Assembly (NCBI GenBank): GCA_045648705.1
Contig: JAZROO010000038.1
Span: 1-51,365 of the forward strand
Direction: 5' to 3'
DNA: 51,365 nucleotides
Source of the DNA: Eubacteriales bacterium
GTDB lineage: Bacteria; Bacillota; Clostridia; Oscillospirales; QAKW01
Of the stretch, positions 49,297 to 51,365 are shown in pieces (position 1 is the first letter of the stretch; every line of letters starts with the position of its first letter). The notes beneath the pieces were generated by a model. That model searched no databases and had not been told where the DNA came from. It saw only the letters and a list, made by a program, of their open reading frames with translations. Made by a program: the position numbers and the translations under genes.

Positions 49297-50844
49297 ATGA
49301 ATTTCGATGCTGTTTTTACGGTTAAAAAAGAATTTAGCAAAGATGATTTTCTTAGAGAACTCATTATCGAACTCGGCACTAAAAACAACACGCCCGCAGA
49401 CGTTGTAGAGGCCAATTTTAAAGATGTGCAAGAATCTGTTAGAGAAGTTATCGTTTGTTCTGCTCAAGTAGAAGGTACTTGTACTGCTTCTGTCGGTTAT
49501 GATCGCCAAGAGCCTTATACTGATTATGAAACATATAGAGAAAAGGTTGGAGATAGCTACGTAACCAGACAGAGAGCGGTAACAAAATATCGCACAGTTA
49601 CCGATTGGCAAATATTTAGAACCCAATATGTCGGCGAAGCAACTTGTGCCGCTTACAACTCCGATGAGTTTGGCTATGATGATAGTGGAATCGTATCAGC
49701 TATAAAATCCGCTAAGAACGATAGCATAGTTAAAAAAGGCGAAGCTACAGTTAACTCAACCGGACTTGCAAGAGCTATAGCTGCTTGTGAATCGCAAGTA
49801 GAACGGGGTTCGGTAACATTCCCCGGCGACCGACACAAAGATGTCAATTACAATTCAAACTCTGATGTTCAATCTTTGTCTTGCTACAAATTGCCTTATT
49901 ATGAGGTTGTCTATACATACAACGACAAAGACTATACAGCGTGCTGCTTTGCATGCGGAAACATAAACATTAGAACAGAAACTCCTCCTAATGATATAGA
50001 TATTACCGCTATTGTTCAAGAAAAAACTGAAAATTTAGAAAAAGCAAAAAAACAGTCTTGGACATTATTTACAGTATCTTTGATTGTTGCCGCTATTCTA
50101 TGCATAGCGTTAAAATTCGCTTGGCTGTTCCCGATTCCAATCGTTTTATTGCTTAAAGCAAAAAAAGATAGCGAAGCATATAGCAAAGAATATAAGGCTT
50201 GTTCAGACAGTCTTTCAAAGAACGTTGCCGACTCCAAAATTGCCGCACTTAAAGTTGCTCTTGAAAAGCATGGTTATGAACCGATGAGCAAAGACCTTAG
50301 TGATTCCCTTGAAAATTGCTCTGTGCCGGGAGCAAAAGATTTGAAGCCAATTAAGGGACGTGTCACTTTGTCTTGGGTTTTAGCCATTATACTTGCTATT
50401 GTATCTGTTTTTACAATCAATTCTGCTCATCAGGAAACCCTACACTCCCCCAAGCAGTTAGAAATTAGCGTTGTAAGCAAAGAGGTTGAATATAATCCTG
50501 ACGTGAGTCCATACATAAACGGCTGTTATTATATTCATTATGATTATGAAATTGAGGCCAAAAAAACCGGTATTAATTATATAGAATTTAAACTGCGTAT
50601 TAAAGATAAAAAAGGAAATGAAGTCGGCTTTATTAAATCATCTATTTCCGATTTGAATTTGGACGCAGGCGATGAAAAAGTTGTCACTCTTTCATTGGAA
50701 GAAAATCAACCGGAGAAAAATGAATTCTTCACTGAACTTTACAACGCAGATTTTAAGGATTATAAGTACGAGATTGAAATTGGCGCAATACAATTCACAG
50801 ACGGGAAATATTATCACAATGACAAATATGACCAATTCGAGTAA
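49297..50844 (+). CDS. Membrane-anchored protein with a YdjG-like N-terminal domain
   Basis: TASVGYDRQE...YRTVTDW and LPYYEVVYTYNDKDY motifs; TM hairpin, coiled region, a further TM and a beta-rich C-terminal domain; RBS AAGGAG. Confidence 0.7.
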   Translation: MNFDAVFTVKKEFSKDDFLRELIIELGTKNNTPADVVEANFKDVQESVREVIVCSAQVEGTCTASVGYDRQEPYTDYETYREKVGDSYVTRQRAVTKYRTVTDWQIFRTQYVGEATCAAYNSDEFGYDDSGIVSAIKSAKNDSIVKKGEATVNSTGLARAIAACESQVERGSVTFPGDRHKDVNYNSNSDVQSLSCYKLPYYEVVYTYNDKDYTACCFACGNINIRTETPPNDIDITAIVQEKTENLEKAKKQSWTLFTVSLIVAAILCIALKFAWLFPIPIVLLLKAKKDSEAYSKEYKACSDSLSKNVADSKIAALKVALEKHGYEPMSKDLSDSLENCSVPGAKDLKPIKGRVTLSWVLAIILAIVSVFTINSAHQETLHSPKQLEISVVSKEVEYNPDVSPYINGCYYIHYDYEIEAKKTGINYIEFKLRIKDKKGNEVGFIKSSISDLNLDAGDEKVVTLSLEENQPEKNEFFTELYNADFKDYKYEIEIGAIQFTDGKYYHNDKYDQFE

Positions 50845-50875
50845 TGCGCCAAAAACAAAGGGAAATTAGTGCGAT

Positions 50876-51365
50876 ATGGAATTAAAATGCAAATTATGTG
50901 GAGGACGTCTTTATTTTAACGAAGGAAGATTTTCGGCAAAATGCGACTCATGTGGAGTGAGTCAATTCATTTTTGACTATCTCGATAAGGATTCAGATGA
51001 TTATGATGAACAAGTTGAAATCATAAAGTCGGAAAAAGAAGAATTCGAAAAAAAATATCTGCAATATGCTGATGATGTAATTAATGCGGATAGCTATTGC
51101 TTAACATCAAATGACTTTTTGAAATGTATTGTTTTCTTTGAAAAATGCGGTGAGTATAAAGATTCTCAAAAATTATTATCACTTGCCAAAATGCGTTTTG
51201 TTGGGAAAGTATCAAACTTATCAGAGTGTTCGCTTGCTATTAAGTTTATCGATGAGTCAAATGATTTGACCTATGGTGAAAAAGAGGATCAAAAGCAAGC
51301 GATATCTGACTTGGCTATTTCATTCGCCGTTATTGAACTTGATCAAAAAGGTTTTGTCGCAATTC
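50876..51365 (+). CDS. N-terminal zinc-ribbon protein (partial, runs off the window)
   Basis: Manual translation MELKCKLCGGRLYFNEGRFSAKCDSCGVSQFIFDYLDKDSDDY...GEYKDSQKLL...; open to the window end; not in the ORF track. Confidence 0.8.
   Translation, partial: MELKCKLCGGRLYFNEGRFSAKCDSCGVSQFIFDYLDKDSDDYDEQVEIIKSEKEEFEKKYLQYADDVINADSYCLTSNDFLKCIVFFEKCGEYKDSQKLLSLAKMRFVGKVSNLSECSLAIKFIDESNDLTYGEKEDQKQAISDLAISFAVIELDQKGFVAI

Overview
A 51-kb chromosomal segment from a spore-forming Clostridia-type (Oscillospiraceae/Ruminococcaceae-like) bacterium. The taxon is inferred from SLH proteins, ylmC/tepA/yuzA sporulation genes and a clostridial [FeFe]-hydrogenase cluster. Most of the window is core genome: rpoB (cut by the left edge), a MacB-type ABC fusion, a 10-gene bifurcating/sensory [FeFe]-hydrogenase locus, serC-serA, mecA, THF riboswitch-folT, galT, a GH106-like hydrolase, five tRNAs, dusB, eno-tepA, nagB, cca, trmB and dacA. 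It ends in an AT-richer block after tRNA-Pro carrying an XRE-controlled SPFH/zinc-ribbon membrane operon. Most notable observations: (1) an intact AroC homologue with a consensus promoter that has lost essentially all catalytic motifs; (2) an abrupt codon-usage switch inside rpoB (mosaic gene or chimeric assembly); (3) a THF riboswitch with an extra inserted hairpin; (4) a YdjI/YdjG-like SPFH module with three palindromic operators; (5) an enolase coupled to tepA behind a forespore-type promoter; (6) a stand-alone ATP-grasp/PHP/deacetylase operon; (7) a TrmB fused to a degenerate HAD-like domain. All calls come from reading motifs by eye; no database search was run. No CRISPR array, rRNA, integrase or transposase was seen.
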